Shown in pieces: positions 1 through 12,267 of a stretch of 64,000 nt of DNA. The notes beneath the pieces were generated by a model. The model had not been told where the DNA came from. It made no database searches and was given only the letters and a program-made list of their open reading frames with translations. The stretch comes from Eukaryota sp. TZLM1-RC (taxonomy: Eukaryota; Protista; Metamonada: BaSk clade). The translations under genes were made by a program, and so were the position numbers. Each line of letters starts with the position of its first letter. Within the stretch, counting starts at the first letter, position 1. The DNA lies in contig JAUPSS010000001.1 in NCBI GenBank assembly GCA_040285825.1, positions 992,001 through 1,056,000 of the forward strand, written 5' to 3'.

Positions 1-1839
1 TCAAATTTTGATTTCGACATTGAAAATTTTGATGTTGACAGTAATTGTGCTCCCAACTTGTCAAGTCTCAATATCACCAAAATTTTTGACTTGAATTTTT
101 CAAATCAATTACTCAAGTTGAATAAAGAAAAAAGTATTCAATGTGGTGAAATCAGCAACTCGAATGTCGAAAGAGCTCATCCAAAAGGTGAGTTTGAAAT
201 ATTGGAGATGTCACTGAATTCTTTGGAAACCAGTATTATGTTTAATAATGATAAAACTTCCCAATTTTTAGCCATCATAAATGACAATCAAAAAGAAATC
301 ACAGGACTTCAGGATTCCTTGTCGGAAGTCGATGACAAGTTGAAACTTTCATTAAAGGAGAATGAAGAGTTGAGATCAAAATTAAAAATTGAACTCAAGT
401 ATCGACAAAATTTAGAAAAGAATATGACAATAATGGCTCTTCGTCAACAGAATTCTTCCCCCGCTCAAAAATCACCCGCTCAAAAATCAAAAAGATTGCA
501 AGAAACACCTAGACAAAAGAGTCCACTAGGATCAAATGACAATGATTCCGAAATCTCTGAGTTGAGGACTAAGATTTCGTCTCTATCACAACAAAATTCT
601 GTGTTGAGAGAAGCAAAGTCAGTTCTGGAATCACTAAATTCTGAATTGAGCTCACAACTGTCGCGAGAACGGCAAAGTACCAGTCACTTGAAAAATTTAA
701 ATTACAAACAAGCTGAAATTTTGGCAAGTAAGGAGGAAGAGCTCATCAAAGCCCAATCAACAATGACTCAACTCCGCCAGAAAATTTCGACATTATCACA
801 GAAAATTGTGACTTTAGAATCATTAGATCATGTTAGTGAGATCTCCAGATTGTCTCAAACTGTTGATAAGTTGACATCTGTCAATGATCTCTTTTCGAGC
901 TCTATTCAATCTATTTCAGACCGTATTTCCGGCTTGGAAGCTGTTTTTGATGAGTTGAAAAATTCATCCAATCTTGACACTTCGACCATCAGTCAAAATT
1001 TCATTAGTTCTTTACTTTCGGAAACTGAAACAGTCAAAAACGCAATCAATTATGTCAATCAAATCCACAATCAGGTCAATGATCAAAAATCTGAGGAAAT
1101 TTCACGTCTTTTGGAAATAATTGCACTGGCTGATTACGAACTTTCAATTCAAAACCAGGTGAATCAAACCCTTTCGTTCAATCAAACGTTGTCAAGATGT
1201 CCCTCTGTGGAAAGTTTACCATCAAATCTGACTGATTACACTAGTCAACTTTCACGTGTAATGTCGACAGATGATTTGCTGGCACCTTTTCACCAGAAAT
1301 CTACTGACAACTTTGAAAAATGCGGACTTTGTGCACACTTAAATCAGGAAACATCCAAAATAATGGTTCAATATCGATCTTTAAAACAAATTTATTCAAG
1401 TTCTAACCAATATTCAGAATTTGTATCCCAATTGGAAGCTTTATCTGAACAAATTATTTCCCTGAAAGCTCAATTGTCAGGACAAATTCCACCATCTTAT
1501 AGTTATTTGGATCAAACAATAGTTGCACTTGGCCTGTCACCATTAGATCATGACACGTGTCAAGGTATTGGTGATCTTATATCTTGTTTATTGAAAATTT
1601 GGCCACCTTCTGATTTTCATAGAGTTCGAAATATTTCCAAGGCGTTTATCAAAATGAAACTGGCTTTACAGTCTGCATATGCGCTTTATCGAAAGTTTCC
1701 GGAAAAATTAGCCTTGAAAGCTATATCATCTAGTCTATTTGGAAGTCATTCAAAGAGTTTACTGGATATTATACAAAGTCCTGAGCTCGAAAACTTTGCG
1801 TATTCGGTTGCAAAAAGACCAGTTCCTTTCAAAATGTAG
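1..1839 (+). CDS. Long coiled-coil protein of unknown function, 5'-partial
   Basis: Frame 1 is open from position 1 to TAG at 1837-1839. Heptad-like L/E/K/Q/S-rich composition; no catalytic motif recognised. Confidence 0.75.
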   Translation, partial: SNFDFDIENFDVDSNCAPNLSSLNITKIFDLNFSNQLLKLNKEKSIQCGEISNSNVERAHPKGEFEILEMSLNSLETSIMFNNDKTSQFLAIINDNQKEITGLQDSLSEVDDKLKLSLKENEELRSKLKIELKYRQNLEKNMTIMALRQQNSSPAQKSPAQKSKRLQETPRQKSPLGSNDNDSEISELRTKISSLSQQNSVLREAKSVLESLNSELSSQLSRERQSTSHLKNLNYKQAEILASKEEELIKAQSTMTQLRQKISTLSQKIVTLESLDHVSEISRLSQTVDKLTSVNDLFSSSIQSISDRISGLEAVFDELKNSSNLDTSTISQNFISSLLSETETVKNAINYVNQIHNQVNDQKSEEISRLLEIIALADYELSIQNQVNQTLSFNQTLSRCPSVESLPSNLTDYTSQLSRVMSTDDLLAPFHQKSTDNFEKCGLCAHLNQETSKIMVQYRSLKQIYSSSNQYSEFVSQLEALSEQIISLKAQLSGQIPPSYSYLDQTIVALGLSPLDHDTCQGIGDLISCLLKIWPPSDFHRVRNISKAFIKMKLALQSAYALYRKFPEKLALKAISSSLFGSHSKSLLDIIQSPELENFAYSVAKRPVPFKM

Positions 1840-1894
1840 AATTAGTTTTACTCAATTTTGTATAATAAATCCCATTTCTCTTCTGTCACCATTA

Positions 1895-2290
1895 TTAATA
1901 TTTAATATTTAATTTTTATTATTTATTTTATTATTATTATTATAGAGTGACAACATACAGCCAAGAGCTAGAACTTATAAGAAGAAAAATTCTCCACATC
2001 TACCCTTACACTTCTATATAACTTTTTGAATATCTGAGACAAGTATTTGGAAAAGCTGCGAAATAAAGCAAAGATGATTCTATTACGCCAAATGGAGATG
2101 TTAAATATTTTGTTACGTTCAAGACATAACTTTGCAAAAGAATCAAGAAACTTTTGACCTATCTTACCAATACTTCAAAAAATCGAAATTGCAAACGGAA
2201 TGAAGACAAAAGAAGAGTATAAATTTTGATTAAGATTCCTCATAACTTCATCATACAACTGATTCTTACGTTCAATTAATTGTAAAAAAT
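1895..2290 (-). mobile_element. Decayed 3' fragment of an RLE non-LTR retrotransposon
   Basis: Minus strand reads YDEVMRNL..FVFIPFAISIF..GKIGQKFLDSF..IWRNRIIFALFRS, matching the C-terminal PF.S.G...W.NRI.F pattern of the other RLE copies. A TAA/A-rich tail lies at about 1895-1942. Confidence 0.65.
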
Positions 2291-2981
2291 TATATTTCCA
2301 TTAATGTTCTTGTTGTTTAAACCATTTTGACTGAATGATGGCAAATTGTTCACAATAAGTGCAGGTGAATTGTCGGCATTTTTGAACACTTTATTTTTTT
2401 AGAAAGAAACAGTTTCTTTTAATACCCCAACAGCTGCAAGTACAGAGGAAACTAATACCAAATTGAGGCAATCAATTTGCGAAGATCGTGAGTCATGATG
2501 GGAAAACATGTTTAAAGAGTGAAAGATGTCACCTGTTATGTCCTTAAGTTGATATTTTGATGCTTTATGAATGTTTCAATTATTCATTTTCCATCAATTT
2601 CTTGTGCATGAATTTAGTGGCAATATCTGTTATTATTTCAGTTCTGTTCTGTCTCGCATGACAAACCCAATTCAGTTATCAGTCATCGAGAATGATGATT
2701 TGAATAAAACTTTATTTATTTATTTATTTTAAATACAAATTAACATTAGTAACAAACATTGGATTAGTGTTGCTCATGAAGTCATGAACCGACGGAAATT
2801 AACAAAACTATTGTAATGACGATTTTGTCAACAATGGTTTTGAGAGTTTCTAGTTCGTGCATTATAAAAAAGTTGATTTTCACATAATTTATTTCCACAA
2901 AACAAAAATGTTGATGCGAAGGGTTCCACAATATTGACAATTCATCTTTTTACACTTCCAATAATTCAATTATTACAGAAA

Positions 2982-5712
2982 CTATGGTGGTGGAAGTGCT
3001 TCTTGGCCTGCTGTCGTCTGTAACTGTTGCTTTCTACTAGGTGGACGTATTGGAACCGATTCATCCTTTTGGAATACTGCTTTTGGTGTTCTTTGCTTTG
3101 CAATTGGTGATCTTATTATTTTCGGTGAAGGTGAAATAGGTCTTCCTATTATGTCCATGAAGGTAGGCTTGGTGGTAGTTTGAGGAAGTGGAGTCGTACG
3201 TTTGGGTGGCATATCTGTTCCCAAAATAGGTTGCCCGGATGGTATCTCTGATCTTCTTGAAACATGAGCGAGATGAGTTGATTCAGGAGGTAGCTTCCTT
3301 GAAGATGGATGACCAGAACTTGGAATGGCAGAAACAGCTGGTGACTTTGCACCTATTTTGGTACTGGTGATAGGCGGTACAGAAGGCGAAGCTGGCCTTG
3401 ATAGCCACTCTCTTGGGGTTGGAACTTTACCTGTCCGAGGAGAAGGAGATTGAACTATCCTTGTAGTGGATGTCGGCACCGTGTCAATTATAGCAGATTT
3501 CTGCCTTTTGATTGGGAAAGAGACCGATCCAGCAACATGTCGTCGTGGAGACTTTTGGAAAATGGCACCAACGCCTGATGGAGAAGCTACGGGAGAGGCA
3601 GGTCGTGAGAGCCATTGCTTGGGAGTGGGGATACTTTTGACAGTAGGTGATGGAGACCTTACTACTCTAGTAGAATCTGATAATTTCCTTGGTGAAACCA
3701 GTGGTGATGCAGTGGGTTGGGAACTTGGTACTGCTAGGGAAGAAGCACTCGCAGAAGGGGGTAGTGCCTCTCGTTCTTGTAAAGGTCCATTACTTCCCTC
3801 AATGAGATAATCTGGCGTATAGAACGGTTCCGTTGTATCTGGAGAAACCCCTTTCTCTTGACCTTCTTCAACCTCCTCCTCATGACTCAAATGGTATGTG
3901 TATCCTGATTCAAGAAGTCCCATTTTCTTCAATTGTTCAGGAGAGAGTAATGATAAAACCTCTTCTGCCATTCCTTCAAATGTTCTCGTGGTGACTGCCA
4001 CATCAAGAGACGTAGGTAAACCTCTTTGTCTACCAGCAAGCATGGTGATTATTAATATTAGCTGTCCTGTTGCAGGCAACACTCCTACGAAAGCCGCCTC
4101 CACCCCAGGCCAACCTAAGCTTAATCCAACGTTACCATAAGCACTTGCAATTTCAAAAAACAAAGGAAACAACACACCAGCTAATGTTGTGGTTGCTGAA
4201 ATTGCAAATAAACTAAAGAATATCCAAGCTAAATCTCTAAGAACAACTTCTTCTATGGTTAGACAATCTGAATCACTAAACCTTGTTGAAATTTCCATAG
4301 TTTCCTTAGAGCCGCAACCAATCCAGATGGTTCTGCTTCTTCCTCTACGAAAGCCTTCCTTGATGTTCTTCTCAGAATAAATATAAATGGAGTGGGAGCG
4401 AGCTGAAAATTAGGAAGTGTGTAAACAATCATACAAGCATGACCAAAGTGATAACCACCAGCTGAAATTAATAAGTGAATATAGGATACCATTCCTGGAG
4501 CAAGAATTCTTAGATCTATTGTTGAAAATCCAGCCATTATAAGATTAGAGTTTTTGCAACATTTACAACATACCTTGTGGTTATCGACATAAAATAAGCA
4601 TTCATGACTCCCACAAAGAATGGTCCTGGTAATGTTCCAAAGTTGAAGATAATGTAGGCGAAGAATTGAGTAAAAAAAAGGACAAACCACAAAAAAGTTA
4701 GCAACATTGTTTCAACTCTGCTAAACACATGGGTGTAGATCTCACGTCCTCGGTGTAGAACAAAATCATAAACCCGGCCAAACTCAGATGTTTTGGATCT
4801 AAGCACCAGAAAAAGGCGTAATAGTATCGGAAATCCTTAAATTAATTATATTAAATAACTAAACTAACCTGTCTTCAATTAATAAAGACCATTTAACAAA
4901 CCTGACCTGCAATCATCAATATGGATATTGGAATGATGATGAACGGATCTGTGCGAAATGGTGCAAGACTCGCGAATAAAAGCGCGATACCAGCGTTATT
5001 GAAAGCTATGGTGAGTTTTTTAATATTAATTTTCCATTAATACCTGAAATGGTGTGAAAAACAGTCCACCAACCCCAACCACCAACAGTACTAGCGGTCT
5101 GTCGTGCTGCCGGAGATGTAAGAAAGCGAATCGTCAGTGTGAGCAAACCAAAGGTGTAAAAGATCGCAACGTACATCAGAACTGATCGAATCACCTTGTG
5201 TAAGACCTAAAGCAGAAACCAAACCAATGTTTTTGCGTGATATTCAATTGAATATTCGTATAGAGGAACAGGTTCTGCAATGAGTTTCAAGCGTATGTCA
5301 ACATACCATGTTCTTCAACCTCGTGCTCAAGTTCTTCTTCAACAGCATCACCAGCTTCAGAATGGTTTTGCTCAGGTTCACTTTCGTATCGATCGAGTAC
5401 TTCTGTAGGTACAATTTGAACATCTTTGAATCGATGTATTATGTAACTTCGCCGTATGATCACCGGTGCTATTGTTAGAAACACCATCGAACCTGATTGA
5501 ATGAGAAGAAGCATGAGAAGCTGCGTTATGAAGGGAACAGTTTCGACGTCATATGTGAGCAGTCCTGTGCATGTAATTGCTGAAAAGCTTGTGAAGATGG
5601 AATCACTGAGAGTAATTGGACTTGTAATCAGGAATAGAACTGAACCCAAAGTGCCCATAACAAGGAAGTAACTAGCGTGGAGCGCATAGTAGTTCAGTAG
5701 GGAGAAGGCCAT
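2982..5712 (-). CDS. Trk/Ktr/HKT (TrkH-family) cation transporter, multi-exon, with long Pro/Ser-rich C-terminal tail
   Basis: Pore-loop motifs SFSAITCTGL, WWTVFHTI-SAFNNAG, MAGFSTIDL and FEIASAYGNVGLSLG lie in separate ORFs. Short GT-AG introns at 5275-5306 and 5006-5043 rejoin the frame (HEPVPLYEY; TISAFNNAG). Exons between about 4300 and 4900 are not fully resolved. Confidence 0.85.
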
Positions 5713-6549
5713 TATAAGTTCAGATGTTTACAGTGTTTTGGAATGTAATCCAAATTCTGATCGATCGGACGATCATTTGTATATTGAATGATAACCATCT
5801 GATAAACCTTCTCTAGAATCAAACAACACCGTTCACTAACCCACAATAAAGGCCAAAATAATGCAATTATCAATTCATTAAATTTTAATCACCTTGATTG
5901 GCTTATGTGCACGGAAACTAATAGACAAACATTTAAACTGATAATAACGTGATACTATCTTAATCTGGAAGGTCACGTTTAGCCTTGAAACTATAACTTC
6001 TGTTCCAGTGAATAGAACGTTGAAGTCTAGGTTAGCTATCACTTAAACTGCTAATGTGGATTCCTTGTAACTACCTCAATGCATAAGTGATTCTGGTTTC
6101 TCCTATATTATCTTATTTTTAAAAAGAAAGTCAAATTCAAAAATAGCTTGTTTTGCACAATTATTTTGATACTGAGTTGAGAAATTGATTTGAAATAACA
6201 AAGAAAAGGAAAGTATTTGAGAACCGAACTTAATTCCAATTAGAAAATTGAGAAAATAATCAACATTTGAAGAAAAAAATAAACTGGCAGATTTCCAACT
6301 TCATGATCAATTGATATTGTTAAAATAGTACAATTTTAATCAAAAGAGTTGATATGTTTAAGTGATGTAAAATATAAGCAATATTGAGTAGTGTCATAAT
6401 TTTCAGTGAAAAGGTCAGCCTTACATTTGTGTGATTGAAAAATAATGATATTAAATCAGAGAACACAAATCGAAATTTGTTGGTAGGTGATATTTCACAT
6501 TGAATGATGAAGTACACTTTCGTTATCCAAAAAATTTTTCTGGATGAAT

Positions 6550-7150
6550 TTTTATTGATCTAAATTACTATCTAGAATTCAATATCCTCCAAAAAAAACA
6601 TCACAATTGCTAAACCTACTCACAACATTTCGTTGATATTCTACACCAATGGCTAAAAGAGCTTTAGATAACATTGTTGGAATAGACTTAAAAATGCAAA
6701 TAACAATTCTATTTAACCAGAAAATGGAATTCAATTATATACAATATCTGCTTTGCACAACTTAATTAAAACTTTCAAAAAAAGCAGTCCTAAGGTGCCA
6801 ATATTGCCAAAAAGAGAAATAGTAAACAGCACAAACTGATAAATCACATGTTCGACTCCACCTAACTGTGCCAATGGTTCTTCATATTTTATATTTTCTA
6901 TTTTTCCACATTGAATAGTGGAGATTCAGCAGAATACACCAAACGAGCCGCAGAATTCTTAAACACATCGACTGAGACAACATCCACAACATTGAGAACA
7001 CTATCGAGCCTTGGAGCCTGGAATCTACCCTTCTTTTACCAACAAATTCGTCAGTCTGATCTGGAGATAGCTTACGTACTAACGGCTCAATAGAAGACTG
7101 CCTATTGAAGCTTATAGAAGCCACATAGTATACAATTGATCACGAACTGA
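6550..7150 (-). mobile_element. Decayed 3' fragment of a CRE-like RLE retrotransposon
   Basis: IEPLVRKLSPDQTDEFVGKRRVD and C-terminal EDIEF* closely match the copies at 12.8 kb and 63.2-63.7 kb; frameshifted. Confidence 0.85.
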
Positions 7151-7695
7151 ATAATGAACAATTAATGTTATCAAGAATTGTATATTGTATTAATTTATTA
7201 TAAAATTGAACAGACATAAATTAACTCTCACCGGGTTTGTTACACACAGTGACACCACTTTCAATTAAAACCACCTGTTCAATTGAATTGATAATACCGT
7301 TTACACATGCTACATATTGACACTACAAACAGAAACAAATCTCTTGGCTTCAATAAGAGTAGAGTCCGAATGTGATTTCTGGTGAACTCGTCTTGTAAAG
7401 TGCGAAAAACCCTTGTCCATGCATTTTAAAGATCAGTAATGATCAGGTCTTCAATCAAATACATTAATTTATGCTGTTTTCCTTATTTTTAATATTGTTG
7501 AACAAACTATTTTTAGTTGCAGACAGGAAGCAAAGCGTCGGGTAATGATCTTTCAAAAAGCAAGTCCACTGGTTGACCTACTGTTAGTCACCAATAGGTG
7601 TTATTTGACTATTTCTTGCTGTGAATAATGAATAACTATTTGATTCAAGAAACCTCTCACTCCACTGAACCTTCTCAACTCTTCCTCTCCATTCA

Positions 7696-8073
7696 ATGTC
7701 TCGCAATGTGTCTTCCATAATATCTGTTCGAGAACTTAAGGCTCGTTTAGTTCAACAAGAAGAAGATCACAAGAAATCTGAAACCAAAATGCTTGCTGCC
7801 ATTAAACGTTGGCGAGATCGATGTCGAAAGATGGAAGAAACAACGTCTTCAATCAAAGCCGAAAAAGATGAACTTCTTGCAAAGCTCAAGGACCTTGAAA
7901 GCCAACCAACACAACCAACACAAGCTCCACAGCCTATTTCTTCTGAACAGTGCAATTGTGCTGATGGAGTTTGGGTTTCTGATGTACTAGATCAAATTGC
8001 TCGTACATCTTTTGAGTTGGACAACTTAGAAACCAAGGTTTGTGGTTTTGTTCGTATGACGTCGGATTTGTAG
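7696..8073 (+). CDS. Small coiled-coil hypothetical protein (125 aa)
   Basis: ATG-initiated ORF, GC-richer than its flanks, preceded by a pyrimidine-rich leader and followed by a T-rich 3' region like neighbouring host genes. Confidence 0.6.
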   Translation: MSRNVSSIISVRELKARLVQQEEDHKKSETKMLAAIKRWRDRCRKMEETTSSIKAEKDELLAKLKDLESQPTQPTQAPQPISSEQCNCADGVWVSDVLDQIARTSFELDNLETKVCGFVRMTSDL

Positions 8074-8479
8074 TTTTCATGGGATTAATGTTTAATTTAA
8101 TTGGATATTTTTTTACTAATATTGCTTTATTGTATTTGTTTTGCCATCCTGTATTACTATTATTTGTTTCATTATTGTTTTTTTGTAATTTCGATTCAGT
8201 AATTGTTTTTCACTGGTTCAGCTATCATTAAATATTTTTTTTTCAATTCTGAAAATGTTTCAATGTGCTGATAAATGGATTCTACTCCTTATTTCGTGAT
8301 AAATGTATTATTCAACATTCAATTTTCTCAAATTAATGTGTACAATCAAGATAAAATAGAGTTTAATATTAAAATAATATCAAACAACACTATATATCAT
8401 GAAGATTACTGTATGTGACTACTTCTTCAATCAATTTTGGCCGCCATAATTTTTTTTGGAGAGTAAATATTCACTTATA

Positions 8480-9803
8480 TTGAGAATGAGTCCTCAAATT
8501 ACTAGATTACCAGACATTGATATGGATATTCAGGCAGAATTATTCTCTGACGAAACAACCTTGCTTTTTGGGTTTTTAAACATTATAGGTAATCTTCAAC
8601 ATCATTGTTTTTTAATCACGATTTAATGCAGCTAGATTTACAGGTTTTAAAAAATAGATTTAATTATTTTGATTTACCATTCCTCATTGTTCCAGCTGAT
8701 TCAATAATTAATGCATTCAATCAACTTTCACCAAGATGGAGGGAAGTTTTCATCAGGGAAAATGGCTTTTATCTTTTAGATAGACTGGTATTTGCCAAGA
8801 AATTCATCAAAATCCAATATGATCATAGTTTAGGCAATCTGGCATATAAAATGATAAATGAAAAGAAAATCAAATTTCATCAGGAATTTACCAACATTTT
8901 ACCTGTTGATTGATTAGCCACTGCTCCACTTAGACAAAATTTAATTCAATATAACCTTCATGATTGTATACCATGTCTCAAACTTTTTATTTTGTTTCAA
9001 AAAGATAAATTCATTTTACCATTTTACAAAACCATTCGTGCAACCGTCAACTCAATGACTATACATTCATATGATATATTGAAACCGAAAAAAATGCTTT
9101 AAAATTTCATCAGTTACTACACATACTGCATGTTGCCTGAAGCTGTATATTCAGTTCCGTTTTAAACGCAAGTTGTCATTACCTCGTATTTCTGCCAAAA
9201 TGTGTGAATCGTAGTATGAATCAATTCAGCAACTTTTATAGATTTTGCCAACATTGTGGTTGCCAAATTTCGGCAAATCTTTTTGACAATTGACTTTTAC
9301 AGTCTAGACTTGTGGAGCTATCATAAAATGCAAGCTTTTATTCACAAGCAAAAGACTGAAAGTTGGTTGTTAAAAGTCTTGTTCAGCATTTTGGCAACCC
9401 AAAAAACATTTTGATACTAATGGGTGATCGTGGTAAAAAAGGCTCCAAAAATTTGAAACATCAGAGACCAACTCGAGGCATTGGATGGACTCAATTGCTG
9501 AAAAGGTACAGATTTGAAATATTGATGATTGATGAAGCTTTCACTTCAGCAAAATGTCCTGTTTGTTTTAAAAAGGTTGCTACGTTTTTGAGAGTATCAA
9601 ATACCGGATTCGATAGAAGAGAAAAGTCTCCAATTACTTCGTGTCATGGTTTATTAACTTGTAATAGTCAAAGTTGCAAATTCAGTAACCAAGGCTCAAC
9701 AAAGCTTTTCAATAGAAACAAGCGGGCCTATCTTATTGTGTTTCCAATTACTGAAGCCAGAATGAGTGGTAATGAAAAGCCTCAGTATCTGTGTAATAGA
9801 TAG
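8480..9803 (+). pseudogene. Degenerate, internally deleted DEDDy exonuclease-Fanzor copy (copy D)
   Basis: 8605-9050 reads RWREV..LDRLVFAKKFIKIQYDHSLGNLAY..EFTNILPVD..YNLHD..KLFILFQKDK..KTIRATV, homologous to the exonuclease/Fanzor-N junction of ORF 54616-56424. 9290-9803 reads LMGD..NLKH..PT..IDEAFTSAKCPVC..HGLLTC..FNRNK..PQYL (Fanzor RuvC/zinc finger). Confidence 0.85.
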
Positions 9804-9874
9804 ATTTTGTAATTATTTTGTGGAAGTTGAGGGAATTTCCCATACATTTATCTTCACCTACTTTCAATACATTT

Positions 9875-11473
9875 ATGAATCCTATAGACCAAGCCGAAGC
9901 TTTTATAGCTGCTGAGGCTCTTTTTCATCATGAATATGATCCTACTCTTGCAGACGGTTCTTTTTGCCCATACTGCCATTACCAAGTTGAAGCTTGCATT
10001 TGTGGTGAGGAAGAGTATTCTGACGACGACATACCTAAACCTGCACCTCACATTCTCTCCACAAACAAACATCGCACTCCCCAAGCACCTGTCCCACCCC
10101 AAGACTCACTTGACCTCTCCACTCTGACGGATACTGTCGCTAATCCCGTCAAGGCAGCTGTAAGACGTCAGGATGAGTCCAGGGTTCGCGTTCGGGATAC
10201 GAACAAGAGGGCCACTGTGGAACAAGTCCTTGACCACAAGACCAGAATGATGTTGTTCAAACTCATTGATAAGGGTAAAATTGACTCTGTTAATGGTGTA
10301 GTCAGCACTGGAAAAGAAGCAAATGTTTACCATGGAATGGGAAGAGTTGACGTCATCAATCAGAAAGATGACGTGACTGATGACGTGGCGACCAAGAAAA
10401 CTATTGAAATGGCGGTTAAAGTGTTTAAAACTTCTATTTTACAGTTTAAAGACCGGGAAAAATACCTTACTGGTGATTGGAGATTTCGCCGAGGTTATTC
10501 CAAGCATAATAGTAAAAAAATGGTTGCTCTATGGGCAGAAAAGGAATTTAGGAACCTCTCTAGAGTTCATTGTGCCGGAATTCCTTCTCCAAGACCTATT
10601 TTTATCACAAAACATATCATTTTAATGGAATTTATTGGGGAAAAGGGACATGCAGCTCCTAGACTGAAAGATGTAGGTGATCAGTTATCATTTGAACGAC
10701 TGTCTTTGCTTTATTTCTCTGCTATCCATATAGTACGTGATCTTTGGGTTTTGTGTAAGCTAGTCCACGGTGATTATTCAGAGTATAACTTGCTGGTTGA
10801 TAAGACAAAGAATCTGGTTGTGATTGATGTGGGACAGGCTGTTGAGAGCGACAATCCTTTGGCATTTGAATTCTTAAGGAATGATTTAAATAACATTAAT
10901 AAGTTTTTCAGAAAGTTTAATGTTGCAACTATTTCGCTTAAAGAATTGTTTTCACTGGTGAAAATTAGTGACGAAGATTTGTTTATACAAAAATTTGATG
11001 AACTGTTGGAATATTTCAAGTCTATTTCTGATGCTGAATTTGCAGAAGTTGCTAGAAATGATGACGTTTTCCTCAAATCATTTATCCCGCAAACCTTGGA
11101 CGAGGTTCCAAATGTGCTTAGAGATACTTTGGTTACAAGGGAAGTTCGCAGTGAGCTGTTATATTCATCGTTGTTAGCTGATGAGGAGGAGGTCAAAAAT
11201 GATAGTGATGAGGTGTCAGGTGACGTGACGACTGAAGAGGAAAGTGATGAGGAATCTGATTGTTCTAGTGGTGATTTGATTGGTGATTTTGAAGGTCAAG
11301 ATGATCTGTCAGCTCATAAAGATGACGTGGACCAAGAAACTGAAGGACTTTCCAGAAAAGAAAGGACGAAACTGGCCAAGCAAAAGCAAAGAGAAAAGAG
11401 GCAAACAAAGATACCAAAACATGTTAAAAAAAGGCATCATTCTCTAGCTGTAAAGAAAAGAAAAGGCCGATAA
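9875..11473 (+). CDS. RIO1: RIO1 atypical Ser/Thr kinase (40S maturation)
   Basis: RATVEQVLD, GVVSTGKEANVYH, AVKVFKTSILQFKDR.KY..GDWRFR, WAEKEFRNL, LVHGDYSEYN, IDVGQAVE, and C-terminal KIPKHVKK. First ATG at 9875. Confidence 0.97.
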   Translation: MNPIDQAEAFIAAEALFHHEYDPTLADGSFCPYCHYQVEACICGEEEYSDDDIPKPAPHILSTNKHRTPQAPVPPQDSLDLSTLTDTVANPVKAAVRRQDESRVRVRDTNKRATVEQVLDHKTRMMLFKLIDKGKIDSVNGVVSTGKEANVYHGMGRVDVINQKDDVTDDVATKKTIEMAVKVFKTSILQFKDREKYLTGDWRFRRGYSKHNSKKMVALWAEKEFRNLSRVHCAGIPSPRPIFITKHIILMEFIGEKGHAAPRLKDVGDQLSFERLSLLYFSAIHIVRDLWVLCKLVHGDYSEYNLLVDKTKNLVVIDVGQAVESDNPLAFEFLRNDLNNINKFFRKFNVATISLKELFSLVKISDEDLFIQKFDELLEYFKSISDAEFAEVARNDDVFLKSFIPQTLDEVPNVLRDTLVTREVRSELLYSSLLADEEEVKNDSDEVSGDVTTEEESDEESDCSSGDLIGDFEGQDDLSAHKDDVDQETEGLSRKERTKLAKQKQREKRQTKIPKHVKKRHHSLAVKKRKGR

Positions 11474-11962
11474 TGGATTTTTTCTTAGTTTTTTGGGGTT
11501 TATTTCGGAATTTTGTTAGTTTTTCAGATTGTTTGATGGAATAAATGGGGTTTCGTTTGAACAATGCTCAATACTGGTTGAAGACTCAAATCCAACATTC
11601 TAATAACTAGCTCTACTTATATAAACAATGAATTACAATCAACGGTTTCATGCCCGTACTGATCTATCTCCATCAAGTCAATACGAGATGGCATCTTTTA
11701 TTGATTTATACATTATAATGAAATATGCGAAATCGTCTCAATACTGAATTAAAGTGAGATAAGGGCGAAGTTGAAACTGTTTCTGTTTCTGTTTGAAGAA
11801 TAAATTTGGTTTAATATCATTTCCTCAATTCTTCTGGCCATCATTTGTGACAAATTGAAAAAATTTAAACGGTTTTTAATGTCAGATGATCCAACACGTC
11901 CCAGTAACGTGTAAACCATTGAAATTGTACCACCTTTCTTGATAGGTCACCATCTTTTGGAA

Positions 11963-12036
11963 TCTCCTGTGGCGTAGTGGCTTAACGCATCAGTCTTATG
12001 TACTGAGGATCGCGGGTTCGATCCCCGCCAGGAGAA
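11963..12036 (+). tRNA. tRNA-Ile (anticodon UAU)
   Basis: Cloverleaf: acceptor TCTCCTG/CAGGAGA, D stem GCGT/ACGC, anticodon stem TCAGT/ACTGA with loop CT-TAT-GT, T arm GCGGG-TTCGATC-CCCGC, discriminator A. TTTT follows at 12043-12046. Confidence 0.95.
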
Positions 12037-12267
12037 AGCTGGTTTTAACGCAGTTATTTGTGTTGTGTACAAACATGCCATTTTATATAACTAATTTTTT
12101 CTTTGACGAACAAGGAATAAAAAATCCTCAAATACACAATTAAAGCGCTACATCCTCAAAATCTGACTTCTCTACATCAAATCAATAAATAACTTACGAT
12201 TTAGAAATTTTCCTAAAAGAAGCGAATGAATCAGAAATTAATTTCATCATTGCCTCAAAAACTATTC

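Noticed and set aside
11995-12001. G37 in tRNA-Ile(UAU) as an anomaly
   Set aside because: A CUUAUG anticodon loop is known in intronless eukaryotic Ile-UAU tRNAs such as those of plants, and both copies agree.
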